In this document: positions 63,746 to 64,000 of the stretch, piece after piece
Position numbering within the stretch: position 1 is the stretch's first letter
How the letters are laid out: every line of letters starts with the position of its first letter
Notes under the pieces: model-generated
What the model was told of the DNA's origin: nothing
The model's database searches: none
Seen by the model: the letters and a program-made list of their open reading frames with translations, nothing else
Made by a program: the position numbers and the translations under genes
Assembly (NCBI GenBank): GCA_963709325.1
Contig: CAVPVV010000003.1
Location: 192,329-256,328, forward strand
Direction of reading: 5' to 3'
Length of the DNA: 64,000 nucleotides
From: an uncultured Acidobacteriota bacterium
Lineage (GTDB): Bacteria; Acidobacteriota; Vicinamibacteria; Vicinamibacterales; UBA2999

Positions 63746-64000
63746 CGTGACCGCTGCCACCGGCGAAACGCCGCACCTGCGCCGAGTTCTCTCGCTCCCC
63801 GGGTTGGTGCTGTTCGGCCTCGCCTACCTCGTGCCGCTGACGGTGTTCACCACCTACGGGCTGGTCACGATTCAAACCGGCGGCCGACTGCCAGCGGCCT
63901 ACCTGGTAACGCTGGTGGCCATGACCTTCACCGCTCTGTCGTACGGGGCAATGGCGCGCGCTTATCCGCTGGCTGGTTCCACGTTCACGTACGCGTCGGC
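63746..64000 (+). CDS. APC-family amino acid/polyamine permease, N-terminal part (3' end outside window)
   Basis: The frame is open from GTG 63746 to the window end. LRRVLSLPGLVLFGLAYLVPLTVFTTYGLVTIQTGGRLPAAYLVTLVAMTFTALSYGAMARAYPLAGSTFTYAS is typical of the N-terminal helices of PuuP-like APC permeases. It is absent from the ORF track because it has no stop. Confidence 0.7.

Noticed and set aside
63735-63749. ATG at 63735 as the start of the last gene.
   Set aside because: It gives only MAPT followed by a stop. The permease frame starts at GTG 63746.

Overview
This is a 64-kb, visibly high-GC, gene-dense chromosomal segment. I recognised no rRNA, tRNA, CRISPR array, transposase or integrase. 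The gene content suggests an Acidobacteriota genome, which is inference only. It includes PadR plus duplicated FtsX/MacB-type 'ADOP' permeases, two TonB-dependent receptors with N-terminal carboxypeptidase-regulatory-like domains, sulfatase-like/TPR fusions, a LolA-like sorting protein and a BACON-type repeat lipoprotein. I call 49 protein-coding loci, two of them heavily frame-disrupted, plus several predicted promoters/operators and five short-period repeat elements. There are three main observations. (1) A tightly packed patatin-like phospholipase / TIR-TPR / tandem-SLATT cassette at 26926-30382 looks like an uncharacterised TIR-based (Thoeris/CBASS-like) abortive-infection or conflict system. 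(2) A set of 7-, 9- and 14-15-nt tandem or inverted repeats sits exactly on gene boundaries. Stop and start codons are embedded in the repeat units, and two of the elements form long hairpins between convergent genes. (3) The RND efflux operon at 612-4976 carries about 28 frame changes, and seven other genes carry one each. Every change I could trace is an insertion, which points to an assembly or sequencing artefact rather than natural decay. Other content includes a homogentisate (tyrosine catabolism) cluster with a LysR regulator, a PhoX-like phosphatase, a PQQ dehydrogenase / TonB receptor / amidohydrolase string, an LPMO-like secreted protein, an ankyrin-FKBP fusion and a paralogous pair of secreted proteins with conserved promoters. 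All functional calls rest on motif recognition by eye in the supplied translations. No searches or computations were run.
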